IMG/VR virus record: IMGVR_UViG_3300044991_001618
Coordinates: 48,964-112,963 of that record
Direction: 5' to 3' (one strand)
DNA length: 64,000 nt
Origin: a virus
Below, piece after piece: positions 9,497 to 20,003 of the stretch. The translations under genes were made by a program, and so were the position numbers. The first letter of the stretch is position 1. Every line of letters starts with the position of its first letter. Under the pieces are notes generated by a model. It was given only the letters and a program-made list of their open reading frames with translations, ran no database searches and had not been told where the DNA came from.

Positions 9497-10125
9497 TTAT
9501 TTTTTTCCCATGACTCCCAAACAAAAGGATAATCAAATTTATTTTCAAATCCATTATAAATTAAGTTTTTTTGAATATTAATTCTTCTTTCTATATCATT
9601 TTCAATACCTAAATGAAACTGTATTTGTATATTTTTAAATTTATTAATAATTTTACTTTCAATCATATATTCCATTAATGCATATTCATCGCCCTCAATA
9701 TTAATCTGAAGTAAATCTACTTGATTAATGTTATTATCTGAAAGTATTTTATCAATAGGTAAGGTTTTAATTTGGATTACAGAATTACCATTTGTATTAA
9801 AATTTGTTGATGAGCCATCATTTGACAAATATAAAGATTTAGTTGCCTCATTTTTATCTGTAGATACACCTACATTCATTACTTTTATTTTTTTATAATT
9901 TTCATATTTTGTAACTAAATGATTATAAAAGTCTGGGACAGGTTCAACTAATATTATATTAGGAACATATGGGTTATTTTTTTTTAAAATTTCATCAATC
10001 CATAACCCATAATACCCCCCTAAATCAATAACAATTGAATTGTTATTTAATTCATAATTTATGTTATGGGTATAATCACCATTATCCCCAAACCACTTAT
10101 TTAAACTTGTAATGTCTTGTCTCAT
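9490..10125 (-). CDS. FkbM-family SAM-dependent methyltransferase
   Basis: IDLGGYYG, LVEP, VDLLQINIEGDEY, IQIQFH. Confidence 0.85.
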   Translation of the reverse strand: MRQDITSLNKWFGDNGDYTHNINYELNNNSIVIDLGGYYGLWIDEILKKNNPYVPNIILVEPVPDFYNHLVTKYENYKKIKVMNVGVSTDKNEATKSLYLSNDGSSTNFNTNGNSVIQIKTLPIDKILSDNNINQVDLLQINIEGDEYALMEYMIESKIINKFKNIQIQFHLGIENDIERRINIQKNLIYNGFENKFDYPFVWESWEKNKM

Positions 10126-10535
10126 AAAATAAAAGTTTTATCAAATTCTTGTCCTTCATAAGGACCTGTTTTATATTCATATACTAATGTGTTATCTTCT
10201 AATATTTCATAATTATGCCCACCTTCTAATGTAAATGATGCATCACCAAAATATAAAATTTCTGTTGTTAAAATTGAATCATCAATATCGTAAAATATAC
10301 ATTTGACGCTCCCTTGTAATACCACCCAACTTTCTTGTGCAATTACATTTCTAGTTCTTTCTTTCCAAATATGTTTATGTGGTTTAAATGTTGTACCCTT
10401 AGTTAAATTTAATTTTGAACATTGGATAAAGTTATCCCCAGATATTATATCTTCTCTTCCTGGGGTTATTTCATTTTTTCTAACTATTATGTGTAGTAGT
10501 TTAGTTTCATTAATTTTTGAATATATCTTTTTCAT
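10122..10535 (-). CDS. Cupin-fold protein (WbuC-like, sugar-nucleotide associated)
   Basis: PHKH, QESW.V..G, GGHNYE, EYKTGPY. Confidence 0.7.
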   Translation of the reverse strand: MKKIYSKINETKLLHIIVRKNEITPGREDIISGDNFIQCSKLNLTKGTTFKPHKHIWKERTRNVIAQESWVVLQGSVKCIFYDIDDSILTTEILYFGDASFTLEGGHNYEILEDNTLVYEYKTGPYEGQEFDKTFIL

Positions 10536-10538
10536 TTT

Positions 10539-11351
10539 TTAAATTTTAATCCAATTATCAAGTAATATGTCAGAAGAGTTTAGATGTGACGCTGAGGGTC
10601 CAAACCAATTATTAGGTCCAATTATTTTTTTATCTTTATTTTCATTTAAATAAGCACCCCACCAACCAAAAGTACTATTACATATTATATTGTGTTCACA
10701 CATACTCATTGAGTATAAATCTAAATAATCTTTGCCCAAACTAACAAATTCTTTATTAGGTAAAAAATCAAACATACTTTTAACACCATTTAAATCATCA
10801 CTAAATATTAAGTAATTTCTATCAAGACCAATCAAATTAATAGCTGACATATAATACTCTATAGATTGTTGTGGATGGTAATTAGATGATGATAAATAAT
10901 CACCTCTTCTAATATGAATTGAAACTGAATTTTGAACATTTGGTAATCTTTCCAAAATAATTTGTTTAATATTTATAGTTGGTTTAAAAAGATTGATAAT
11001 ATAATCTTTATTATTTATAAAATATTTTTCACTCTGAAAATAACCTTCAATTAATAAATTTTCACCTATGTTATATTTTATTTGCCCATAATTAAATGTT
11101 ATAGGTTCTACATGTACTCTATATGGTAATAGTAATTTCTCTATAAAAGTAATATTACGTAATAAATTATCTTTATAAACACTATAATCAGGGTCAAACC
11201 CTGGTTTTGGCGTCTCAGTACTAATTGGTCTTAAAAATTCATTTGAAAAAATATAATCAACATTATTATCCAAAGCCAAACTAATTGATGCAGATAATTT
11301 AAACATAACATTACATATCCCACCTTGATGATTTGTAGTTATAAAATTCAT
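10539..11351 (-). CDS. Alpha-1,2-fucosyltransferase (GT11)
   Basis: GG..N.MF, GYFQSEKYF, SIHIRRGDY, IFSDD, HNIICNSTFGWWGAYL. Confidence 0.92.
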   Translation of the reverse strand: MNFITTNHQGGICNVMFKLSASISLALDNNVDYIFSNEFLRPISTETPKPGFDPDYSVYKDNLLRNITFIEKLLLPYRVHVEPITFNYGQIKYNIGENLLIEGYFQSEKYFINNKDYIINLFKPTINIKQIILERLPNVQNSVSIHIRRGDYLSSSNYHPQQSIEYYMSAINLIGLDRNYLIFSDDLNGVKSMFDFLPNKEFVSLGKDYLDLYSMSMCEHNIICNSTFGWWGAYLNENKDKKIIGPNNWFGPSASHLNSSDILLDNWIKI

Positions 11352-12196
11352 ATTTTTGTGGTATATAGATTTATTAAAGTTTCACATCTTTTTTCATATG
11401 TATGCTTTTTTGACAACTCCAATCCAGATTTACCAATAGACTCTCTTAATTTATCATTAGATAGTAATTGTTTTATTTTTAAAATCATTTCATTATTATC
11501 TTTATACATCATAACATTTACACCATCAATAAAACCCAATTCTTCATACTGGTAATTATAGTTAGTCACTAAGGGTATGCCACATCCTATGGTCTCAAAA
11601 CTTCTATAATTAATATCATTTGATAAGTTACAATTCCAATGTATTTTGTAGGAATTTATTGCATTAACCATAGAGTCACCAATAACAAAATTATCAAATA
11701 TAAAACTAAAATTACTTGATAATAAATCTATATAGTTGTTTCTATTAAGTAAGTTACCACAAAACCCAAGGTCACATTTTTTAGCAGCATTTCTTGGAGA
11801 GATTAATGTATCATCAAATGAGTTTGGAAACCAAATCTTATAATCTTTATTAACATAATCTTTAGTTGAGTGTAATAAAATGTCATAATTACCTCTATTA
11901 TATTCTTTTATATACCCTTCTTCCCCTTTTACATGCGCATCAATACTCCATAAAAATTTTGTTGTTTTAACTTTAGATAAATTTGGAACCCATCCTGTCT
12001 CATTATAATTTTCTAAATTTATTATTAAATCATATGATTCATAATCTATATTATCATTAAAATTATTGTGACCTAAACCCCAAACATCACATTCTTGATT
12101 TAACTTAATAAATGCTCTTTGTAAACAAAAACATTCTCTAAAATGTCTATTTTCATTATGTCTGCCATTCTCTTGTATTAAAAGTATTTTTAACAT
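11348..12196 (-). CDS. CgeB-like / Glyco_trans_1_2 glycosyltransferase
   Basis: NYRSFETIGCG, ESIGKSG...KHTYEKR C-terminal pattern. Confidence 0.75.
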   Translation of the reverse strand: MLKILLIQENGRHNENRHFRECFCLQRAFIKLNQECDVWGLGHNNFNDNIDYESYDLIINLENYNETGWVPNLSKVKTTKFLWSIDAHVKGEEGYIKEYNRGNYDILLHSTKDYVNKDYKIWFPNSFDDTLISPRNAAKKCDLGFCGNLLNRNNYIDLLSSNFSFIFDNFVIGDSMVNAINSYKIHWNCNLSNDINYRSFETIGCGIPLVTNYNYQYEELGFIDGVNVMMYKDNNEMILKIKQLLSNDKLRESIGKSGLELSKKHTYEKRCETLINLYTTKI

Positions 12197-12197
12197 A

Positions 12198-12989
12198 TTA
12201 ATAATTTGTTATAATTTTATTGATAACCCCATTTATTAAATTATTATTTAAGTGATTCCCTTCGGTTAATGGTTGGATATTATTTTTTTGAGTAAACAAT
12301 TCAATATTGTCTTTATGTACAAAAATATGGTCAGAAGGATAATCATATTCTAAATAAAAAGGAATGTATCCAATATCTTTAAGTAATTTAAAAATATTGG
12401 AATCATCATATCCAAATTTGGTTAATTGAAAATTTTCTAACTCTACAATCAATGTTGGTTTATCTTTCTTTATTGTCTCAACCCCACCTTCTAACACAAA
12501 TTTTTCATATCCCTGAACATCAATTTTAATAAAATCTATTTTTGGTAAATCTAAACTATCAATTGTTTTTATATTAATTTCTTCACCACCAGCACCAACA
12601 CTTAAATCACCAATATTAATCCAAGGAGAATTGTAATTAATTTGATTCATTTTAGATACAATATTTTCATTACCTAATCCAAAATTATATACAATTATGT
12701 TTTTAATGTTGTTATCATTAATTGATAATGTTTGGATATCAAACATAATTTTTTGAGGTTCAAAACTATAAACTATATTACAATACTTAGAGGCAATTAT
12801 TGAATGCCACCCATAATTACTTCCAACGTCTATAAAGGTTGAGTCACTATCTAAATTAGTTTTTAAAAATTCAATAATATGTTTTTCCCAAATTTTTCCG
12901 TTAATTATATCCCCACCAATACCATCATTTTTGAAAGTATATATTTCAAACCAATCTACTTTAGTTTTAATTATATTATCTATTATCAT
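12198..12989 (-). CDS. FkbM-family methyltransferase
   Basis: IDVGSNYG, SFEP, IDFIKIDVQGYE..VLEG. Confidence 0.9.
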   Translation of the reverse strand: MIIDNIIKTKVDWFEIYTFKNDGIGGDIINGKIWEKHIIEFLKTNLDSDSTFIDVGSNYGWHSIIASKYCNIVYSFEPQKIMFDIQTLSINDNNIKNIIVYNFGLGNENIVSKMNQINYNSPWINIGDLSVGAGGEEINIKTIDSLDLPKIDFIKIDVQGYEKFVLEGGVETIKKDKPTLIVELENFQLTKFGYDDSNIFKLLKDIGYIPFYLEYDYPSDHIFVHKDNIELFTQKNNIQPLTEGNHLNNNLINGVINKIITNY

Positions 12990-14031
12990 ATAATTTTTGA
13001 TATAAAGTTTCCCATTCTAATGTTATTTTTTTTTCTTCAAAATCTATTGCCCTGTTTTTTGCATTATAGGACATTGTTTTATATAATTCTTTGTCATTAC
13101 AAAGGTTTGTAATAGATTCTACATATTCGTTTTCATTTTTACATACAAATCCACCATCTTTTATAATTTCATCTTGAGCATTATATCCAGCAAAATGAGA
13201 AATAATTGGTTTACCATAAATCATAGATTGTGCTATTGCAGTTCCAAATGTTTCTCCATCACTTCTATAGTGTAAAAACATATCAATAGTATTATGGAAT
13301 TTATGTATTAATTCATCATCATTTGTTGGGTCAATAATTATACAATTATTATTTAATTCTAAACTATTAATTAAATTTATAGTTTGACAACATGCGCCAA
13401 TTATAATGTATTTAAATTTATAACCATTATCTTTTATTTTTTTTAATGAATTTAAAGCTATTGGATGAAAATTATCTTTTCTACCCGTTCTACCAAATAC
13501 AAAATAATCTTTAGGGATATTATATTCTAATTTTAAATTATCCTTTGAATTTAACGGAAAAGGAATTGGGTTGTAAATCATATAATCAGAACCATTTCTA
13601 ATCTCTGTTACCTTATTACTAATTGTTACAGAACAATCTAAAAATTCAGAAAAATCCTTACCACCAAATATATTTGTTTCAATTTGAATTGGGCAAATTC
13701 TTTGATTAAACGGCCATTCAAAATATCCACTTCTTGCAAAATGAATTATGTCAAAATTATATGATTTAACTATTTTGGTAAAATTATTTTCTCTATAAGG
13801 ATAACCCATATCCGGGCCTAATTTATCTGTTGACGCCTCAAAAGGTATTAGTTGAGAATTGTTTAGTTTTGTTTTTAAAAAATTTAACCGATTATTGTCT
13901 TGGTTAGGATTATAACAAACGTATACATCAAATAAATCAAGGTTTAAATTTAATAATATTCTTTCATGTGACCTCCAAGTACCCCCATAGTCTATGGTAT
14001 GTGAGTAAAATAAAATTTTAATTTTATTCAT
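12976..14031 (-). CDS. GT4-family glycosyltransferase
   Basis: GGTWR, ETFGTAIAQSMIYGKPII. Confidence 0.8.
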   Translation of the reverse strand: MNKIKILFYSHTIDYGGTWRSHERILLNLNLDLFDVYVCYNPNQDNNRLNFLKTKLNNSQLIPFEASTDKLGPDMGYPYRENNFTKIVKSYNFDIIHFARSGYFEWPFNQRICPIQIETNIFGGKDFSEFLDCSVTISNKVTEIRNGSDYMIYNPIPFPLNSKDNLKLEYNIPKDYFVFGRTGRKDNFHPIALNSLKKIKDNGYKFKYIIIGACCQTINLINSLELNNNCIIIDPTNDDELIHKFHNTIDMFLHYRSDGETFGTAIAQSMIYGKPIISHFAGYNAQDEIIKDGGFVCKNENEYVESITNLCNDKELYKTMSYNAKNRAIDFEEKKITLEWETLYQKLYDNR

Positions 14032-14032
14032 A

Positions 14033-14683
14033 TTATCTAATAATACTAGTATTTAATCTATAAATATATAATCTTTCAGGTATTTGATAAAACTTATACC
14101 CATTATTAATGGCTCTTTGCCATAAATCCCAATCCTCCATACCTTTAATATCTCTATATCCACCTAATTCTAATAATGCATTTTTTCTAACTAACATAGA
14201 ACCATGAGTTAATACATTCTCACTAAAAATTTTATTAAAAATATCTAAATGAGTTATATTGTCATTAACATCAAAACAACTTGGCAATAAATTATCATCA
14301 TTTATTCCAGTAATATTCCAAGCATGTGTTCCTAAAAAATCAATTTCATTATTTTCTATGTAGTGAAGTTGCTTTTCAAGTTTGTCTGGTAAATATAAAT
14401 CATCGCCATCCAAAAATCCAACCCATTCAGTTTCAACATGCTTTAAACCAAATTCTTTAGCATATGATAATCCTTGTTTTTTATCTTTTTTTAATATGGT
14501 TAAATCTAAATTGTAATTTGCTAATTCAATCATTTTTTGAGTATAATCCCAACATTCATCTAAAACAATAATAGTTTTAAAATTTTTATAAGTTTGATTA
14601 ACCAATGAATTTATTGATTTATTCAATAACATATCATAAAATTCATTTATACTATGCACACAAATTAAAATTGTTAATTTCAT
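14033..14683 (-). CDS. GT2-family glycosyltransferase
   Basis: SLVNQTY, FLDGDD, EDWDLW. Confidence 0.88.
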   Translation of the reverse strand: MKLTILICVHSINEFYDMLLNKSINSLVNQTYKNFKTIIVLDECWDYTQKMIELANYNLDLTILKKDKKQGLSYAKEFGLKHVETEWVGFLDGDDLYLPDKLEKQLHYIENNEIDFLGTHAWNITGINDDNLLPSCFDVNDNITHLDIFNKIFSENVLTHGSMLVRKNALLELGGYRDIKGMEDWDLWQRAINNGYKFYQIPERLYIYRLNTSIIR

Positions 14684-14689
14684 AATTCT

Positions 14690-15343
14690 TTAATAAATTT
14701 CTAAATAAAATTTAGGATGTCTATTTTCATTCTCATCAAAAACATCGCCAACAAATTCATTATTCATTCTATTATTAGGAAATTTAACTGTATTTTTTTC
14801 TAAAGTAAAATATGAATCATGAACAAAAGAATTTTCTTTAACTTTATTGTAAATAATATCTTTTAGGAAATTTTGGTCAATTTGCCAAAAATCACCCTTA
14901 ACATATTCATTAATTAAATTTTTAATATTTTTTAATATTTTATTTCTGCATCCCCACATACCACCCATTATTAGTGCGTTGTGGTAAGGGTGATCTCTCA
15001 TAATATGGAAATCTTTATTGGATTTTAGCCATTCATCTACTGCTAATTTCTCTCTAATTGATACTCTGCTATCAGTATCTCTTGATATCATTATATCTGA
15101 GTCTTCACAAGCATAAAATCTCCAAAACATACTAGTCCAATCACCTTCATCTAGCATTTTAACAATTTCAACATTATCAAATGTTGATAATTTTTCAACA
15201 ATATCTTCTGGCACTGATTTCCCACAATAAAACCTACAGACCCAATCTGGGTAAATTGTTTTTGACAATTCAGCATTTTTAATTGCACCTAAAGTATATT
15301 TTGGATTGTCTCCCCAAAGACTAAAAGATATTACTTTATTCAT
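14690..15343 (-). CDS. Putative GT-A glycosyltransferase (ISFSLWG family); paralog of 31239-31907
   Basis: ISFSLWGDNPKY, MFWRF, SRDTDSR (DxD), MRDHPYH, MGGMWG, DQ.FL. Confidence 0.6.
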   Translation of the reverse strand: MNKVISFSLWGDNPKYTLGAIKNAELSKTIYPDWVCRFYCGKSVPEDIVEKLSTFDNVEIVKMLDEGDWTSMFWRFYACEDSDIMISRDTDSRVSIREKLAVDEWLKSNKDFHIMRDHPYHNALIMGGMWGCRNKILKNIKNLINEYVKGDFWQIDQNFLKDIIYNKVKENSFVHDSYFTLEKNTVKFPNNRMNNEFVGDVFDENENRHPKFYLEIY

Positions 15344-16005
15344 AATTCAAAATTAATTTTTTTTCTGTTATTGTAAAGATTTGTATCATAATTTAAATCT
15401 TGATAATTTTTTTTATGAATTTCATCTTGTTTTCCAAATCCCCAATCTGGGTGTTCATGTTTTATGATGACATCATCAAAATATGTTTGCTTACCTAATA
15501 AATTTGCAACACTCATAAATTCATTATCACACCATGTTGATTTATATCCAGGATAATAAATGTAATTAAATTTTTCATAATATCTTTTGCCCAAAATACA
15601 AATTGTATTTAATTCACTCTTTTTAAACCCATCATTAAACCACAGAACCCCATCTGTATTAGGATATATATCTTTCATTTTATTAATGATAATTTCATCA
15701 TATCCTTTAATTTGGGGAATCATATCATCTGATGCTAAAAGCAAAATATCCCAATCTTTTGCATAGTCCATATCTCTATTAACTGCATGTACTTTTGAAG
15801 AACTTTGACCAACCACAACCTTGCAATTTTTAAAAGTTGATAAAATTTCCAAACAATCAGAATTGTTCATTTCGATATCATCCTCATCAATTGTTATTAA
15901 AAACAACATATTATCCAAATTATTTGCAAGAGTTTGGTATATTTTTAAAACATTAAAAAATTTAATTTTTCTATTCCTTGTTGGAAATTTTACCAATATC
16001 TTCAT
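15340..16005 (-). CDS. GT2-like glycosyltransferase; paralog of 30590-31249
   Basis: KFPTR.R, LLLASDDMIP, YKS..CDNE, HEH. Confidence 0.65.
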   Translation of the reverse strand: MKILVKFPTRNRKIKFFNVLKIYQTLANNLDNMLFLITIDEDDIEMNNSDCLEILSTFKNCKVVVGQSSSKVHAVNRDMDYAKDWDILLLASDDMIPQIKGYDEIIINKMKDIYPNTDGVLWFNDGFKKSELNTICILGKRYYEKFNYIYYPGYKSTWCDNEFMSVANLLGKQTYFDDVIIKHEHPDWGFGKQDEIHKKNYQDLNYDTNLYNNRKKINFEL

Positions 16006-17639
16006 TATATTATTTTAATATATTCATCCTTTATTTGTTTTGCAACTGTTGAACCAAAATATTTGTCCTCCAACTCCTCTTGATTTGGGGGTAAGTGAAA
16101 TTCTTTACTCAAAATATCTCCAATATCATTAACTTCATAAATCCAACCACCTTTTCCACACATCCAGCCTTCAATTGTTGTTCTACCTAACATTATACCA
16201 GCAGTTTCAACACATTTTTTTGTATATTTTTCAATGTTCCAAGTTGATTTAAAATGTTTAACATGAGAATCATTTAATAATTCAGATAAGTAATTTGATG
16301 AACTATCTCCAACCAACCAAAGTTCAAGATTTTTTTCTTTGGTATAAATAACTAAGTCTCTTATTGTTTTCTCTCTTAAATAATCAATTGTTCCAACAAA
16401 TAAAACATAATTATCATTTGATGATTTATTTAAATTAAATCTATTCTCATCAATTGGGTTATATATAACTGAAATATCTTCCAATGGAATCCTAAAATCA
16501 TTTTCAATATAATCTGCTATACTAGGTCTAATTGCTACATATTTTTTTATGGATGGATGTAATATTGGTTCTTCTACAGAAATAACCTCTGAGTGGATGG
16601 TATATAGTTTTGGGATACCCGGATATAATTGACATATTTTTTCAGCAATTGGTTTATGCTGAATATGAATCACATCATAATTAACTGGTGCAACAGAATA
16701 TAGCATATTCTCTTCACTAACTTTAAAACCCTCCTCAGTATTGACACCCCACTTACCATCACCCAATTTAAAACCTGGGGGTTCATTTATGTGAAAAACA
16801 TTAATTCCAAGATTTGCTGCCATCTTTGTTAATGACCCCCCTATATCTGAAACAACAGTAACATTGCAATTTTGATTTAATAAGTTTCTAGCTAACTCAT
16901 ATACGTATAATTCAGATCCTGTGAAGTTTTTAAAATATAAGCAAGATATTAAAACATTTAATTTTCTTTTCCCATTATGGGGTAATTTAACTGGCAAGTT
17001 ATCTGCATACTTTTCAGCAAATTTAATTTTATTTTCTTCCCATTTCTCATTTGTTTGTCCAATTGATAAGTGAGTTATTTTTATATTATATAAAACGCCA
17101 ATATTAACCCCTTGCATATAGTTTTCAAAACAAAATGATATATCATAGAAATGAAATCCATCAAAATCTTCAATAAAATTGCTCTTAATTCTATCTTTAT
17201 GAATTGCCATAAACAAGCCATCAACAATTACCACCTTTTCTGCCTCATTACCTAATGAGGTTGAATACTTGGATTCCCATTGTTTACCCTCATGCTTATG
17301 GTTAACAATACCAAGCATCTTATTTCTTTCTTCCCACCACATACCAGATGATGGCATACTAGTTGTGCCAGCAATACCCAATATGCCAAAATTGGTTTTA
17401 TCAAAGTGCTTAATTAATTTATTCCCCCAACCTTTATCTTCAAAAATGATGTCATCATGACAAAGAACAACAATGTTGTTCTTTGCCTTATTTAGTATTT
17501 CATTATAAACTTTTGCCAATGATTTTTCACCATTGTTAATTACCTCAATAATTTCCACATTTTTTGGGCCAACTGTTTTCTTAACTTGCTCAATAAATGC
17601 TGGATTGCTCTTTCTTGTTGAAAATCCTATTGTTATCAT
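16005..17639 (-). CDS. Bifunctional GT-A + GT-B glycosyltransferase
   Basis: N-terminal CHDD, VDGLF, FHFYD (GT2-like); C-terminal GSELYVYELA, GRTTIEGW (GT4-like); start placed at MITIGF. Confidence 0.75.
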   Translation of the reverse strand: MITIGFSTRKSNPAFIEQVKKTVGPKNVEIIEVINNGEKSLAKVYNEILNKAKNNIVVLCHDDIIFEDKGWGNKLIKHFDKTNFGILGIAGTTSMPSSGMWWEERNKMLGIVNHKHEGKQWESKYSTSLGNEAEKVVIVDGLFMAIHKDRIKSNFIEDFDGFHFYDISFCFENYMQGVNIGVLYNIKITHLSIGQTNEKWEENKIKFAEKYADNLPVKLPHNGKRKLNVLISCLYFKNFTGSELYVYELARNLLNQNCNVTVVSDIGGSLTKMAANLGINVFHINEPPGFKLGDGKWGVNTEEGFKVSEENMLYSVAPVNYDVIHIQHKPIAEKICQLYPGIPKLYTIHSEVISVEEPILHPSIKKYVAIRPSIADYIENDFRIPLEDISVIYNPIDENRFNLNKSSNDNYVLFVGTIDYLREKTIRDLVIYTKEKNLELWLVGDSSSNYLSELLNDSHVKHFKSTWNIEKYTKKCVETAGIMLGRTTIEGWMCGKGGWIYEVNDIGDILSKEFHLPPNQEELEDKYFGSTVAKQIKDEYIKII

Positions 17640-17670
17640 ATTGTTATTATTTTTTATTTCATTGAAAAAA

Positions 17671-19338
17671 CTAGCAATTATCAATGTAAACCATCACTTC
17701 ATTATTGTAAGGAATGAATGTATTGTTTAAATCGTGGACAATTTTACCATTAATCTTAATTTTCCATTTTTTATAGTGTTTTTTATTACAAGATGTCCAC
17801 ATACCTGTTTTAATTTCTGAAGAATAAATAACATTGTCATTCTCGTCCAAAAATTCAACATAGTAATTTTTTAACGTATTGCCCTTAATCTCTAATTGTG
17901 GAGTATCCAAAAAAGAAATGTGGATTTCATTTTTTTTCTTATTTTGATATTTTTCATTTAAGAATTCTTTTTTGGTTGCTAAAAACCAATTCCAAGGATT
18001 ATTTATTTTTTGTAAAGAAAAATTTTTTGATTCTAAAACACTTAAAGATTTTTCTGTTTTTGATTTCCATTCTGGAATCATCCAATCATGGAAACTTATA
18101 GCTATTTGGTCAATATTTTCAAAATCTTGATTATCAAAACTATCTAATAAATCATATTCTGCACCTTCAATATTGATTTTCAATAATGAAATTTTGTTTA
18201 TTGAGAATTCTTTACAAAAATTTTTCCATGTTTTAACTTTTACCTCTTCCCCATCCTCTGAGTTAATCATAGATGTGTTTATACCTTTGTTTTTCATTTT
18301 TATGATGCCATCTTCTTTACCAATTACTCCTTTGAAAAGCTCTGTGTGTCTAATTTGATTTTCAAAGGGGTCGACACCAATTACTCTTTTCTTCCCAATA
18401 AAAAAATTACTCCAATCCCAATTCAAACAACCTATATCCACTACATCCCCATTATGAATTAAACATCTGTCATTTACTGTACTATAATCTTGACCTGGAA
18501 TAGTTTGGATTAAATTTTGTCTACATGTGATCATATCCGCAACATAATTAATTTCTTTTTCATGTAAATCAAAAGGTCTTACACAATGACAATCTAAGTA
18601 AAATCCTTCTTTTAGCAGTTTTTCATCATAACTACCATCACGTGCGTTAAGTGATTTCATTTGGTTGTCAACATAGTCTATTGGAAAATGCCACTTTTCA
18701 ATTCTGTCTTTAAGAAAAAATCCTTCCTCATAACCGCGTCTTAATTTATGTACCTGAAACCTATCCGAGAATTCTTCAATTTTTTTGGTTAAATATATTT
18801 CGTCACCATACCACTTTAATATTTTTTTGTATTTAAATTTACTTAACCGATCAAAAAAATCTGAGAAACTGCCTTCCAAATTAAAAATTTCTTCAAATAT
18901 TTTACCCTTTGCTGCGTTATAACACATTGCAAAAATATTAGAATCAAACCATCCTTTAGAATCATTCCTTTCTAAATCATACGCATCACTAGAATATACC
19001 ACAATGCTGTCCTCATCAAAATCTTTTATTGTGTTTTGAAAATAGTCATAACTAAACAACATCATATCAATGTCAGAAATTAGACAAACTTCATCTGGAA
19101 AAAACTTAGTTCCATATAGTCTATAGAATATAGCTTGAATACTTATTTGAATTTGTGGCAGGGCTTTGACTTCCTTAACCAATCCGTTTCCATCAAAATA
19201 AAAATCAGTTTCTTTTTCTCCTATTTTAAATAATACTGGAGTTGCTCCTAATTGCTTTTTACAAACCTTGGCAACCACAGGCCAATAGTCTTGGTAATAT
19301 GAATCATCACACGACATTATTAGTTTTGCAACTTTCAT
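17671..19338 (-). CDS. Fusion of a GT-A-like N-domain, an FkbM methyltransferase and a C-terminal beta domain
   Basis: ISDIDM (DxD) in N-half; VDIGC, GVDP, LLKINIEGAEY, QIAISFH in C-half. Confidence 0.7.
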   Translation of the reverse strand: MKVAKLIMSCDDSYYQDYWPVVAKVCKKQLGATPVLFKIGEKETDFYFDGNGLVKEVKALPQIQISIQAIFYRLYGTKFFPDEVCLISDIDMMLFSYDYFQNTIKDFDEDSIVVYSSDAYDLERNDSKGWFDSNIFAMCYNAAKGKIFEEIFNLEGSFSDFFDRLSKFKYKKILKWYGDEIYLTKKIEEFSDRFQVHKLRRGYEEGFFLKDRIEKWHFPIDYVDNQMKSLNARDGSYDEKLLKEGFYLDCHCVRPFDLHEKEINYVADMITCRQNLIQTIPGQDYSTVNDRCLIHNGDVVDIGCLNWDWSNFFIGKKRVIGVDPFENQIRHTELFKGVIGKEDGIIKMKNKGINTSMINSEDGEEVKVKTWKNFCKEFSINKISLLKINIEGAEYDLLDSFDNQDFENIDQIAISFHDWMIPEWKSKTEKSLSVLESKNFSLQKINNPWNWFLATKKEFLNEKYQNKKKNEIHISFLDTPQLEIKGNTLKNYYVEFLDENDNVIYSSEIKTGMWTSCNKKHYKKWKIKINGKIVHDLNNTFIPYNNEVMVYIDNC

Positions 19339-19358
19339 ACTTTTTTAATGTTTTAAAA

Positions 19359-20003
19359 TTATTTTTTATAAATTTCATAAGTAGATAAATCAGGATATGG
19401 TAATTCCAAATCCTCATTATGTTTTTTTGTTCCATTCAAGTTATAAAATTGACTCATCATCAATAATCCTCTTGCTGCAAGTTCTGGCATCATATAAAAA
19501 TTCCAACCTAACATATCAAAATAATCATCATGATAAGAACATTCTCTTCTACCACTAAACCTTGCTCTTTTGAACCACATAGCAGCATGCAGATTGTCTG
19601 TTAAAATTGCACCGCCTTTACTCAATTTCAATGTTTTGTATGGTCCTGTGAATGATACACACATGTGAGTTTCTGGTATATACATATTTGCAGTAAATCT
19701 TAGGGCAGAATCTATCACATTTGTTGGGTTTAACCTATATGAGCCTTTAGTTGTGTTACCCTCTACAGGTGTAAAATTAACTTTTAACCCTGCATGAATT
19801 ATTTCACAAGGAACTGAAGGATATGTCCTTGAAGGGCAATCTACATAATCAGTGGCCAATGATTTTTTAATGTTTTTTTCATAATACAATGAAAGAAAAA
19901 GAGCATTACTCATATTGTCTAAAGCAATTGCATAAGGTGCTCCAGTATAATCGCATATACTTTTCTCAAAGTCTTCAGTTATTTTATAAACTCCTTGCGC
20001 CAT
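19359..20003 (-). CDS. Short DegT-like aminotransferase (second copy)
   Basis: FE....YTGAPYAIA, IDSA, SFTGPYKTL...GGAILTD; 214 aa. Confidence 0.75.
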   Translation of the reverse strand: MAQGVYKITEDFEKSICDYTGAPYAIALDNMSNALFLSLYYEKNIKKSLATDYVDCPSRTYPSVPCEIIHAGLKVNFTPVEGNTTKGSYRLNPTNVIDSALRFTANMYIPETHMCVSFTGPYKTLKLSKGGAILTDNLHAAMWFKRARFSGRRECSYHDDYFDMLGWNFYMMPELAARGLLMMSQFYNLNGTKKHNEDLELPYPDLSTYEIYKK

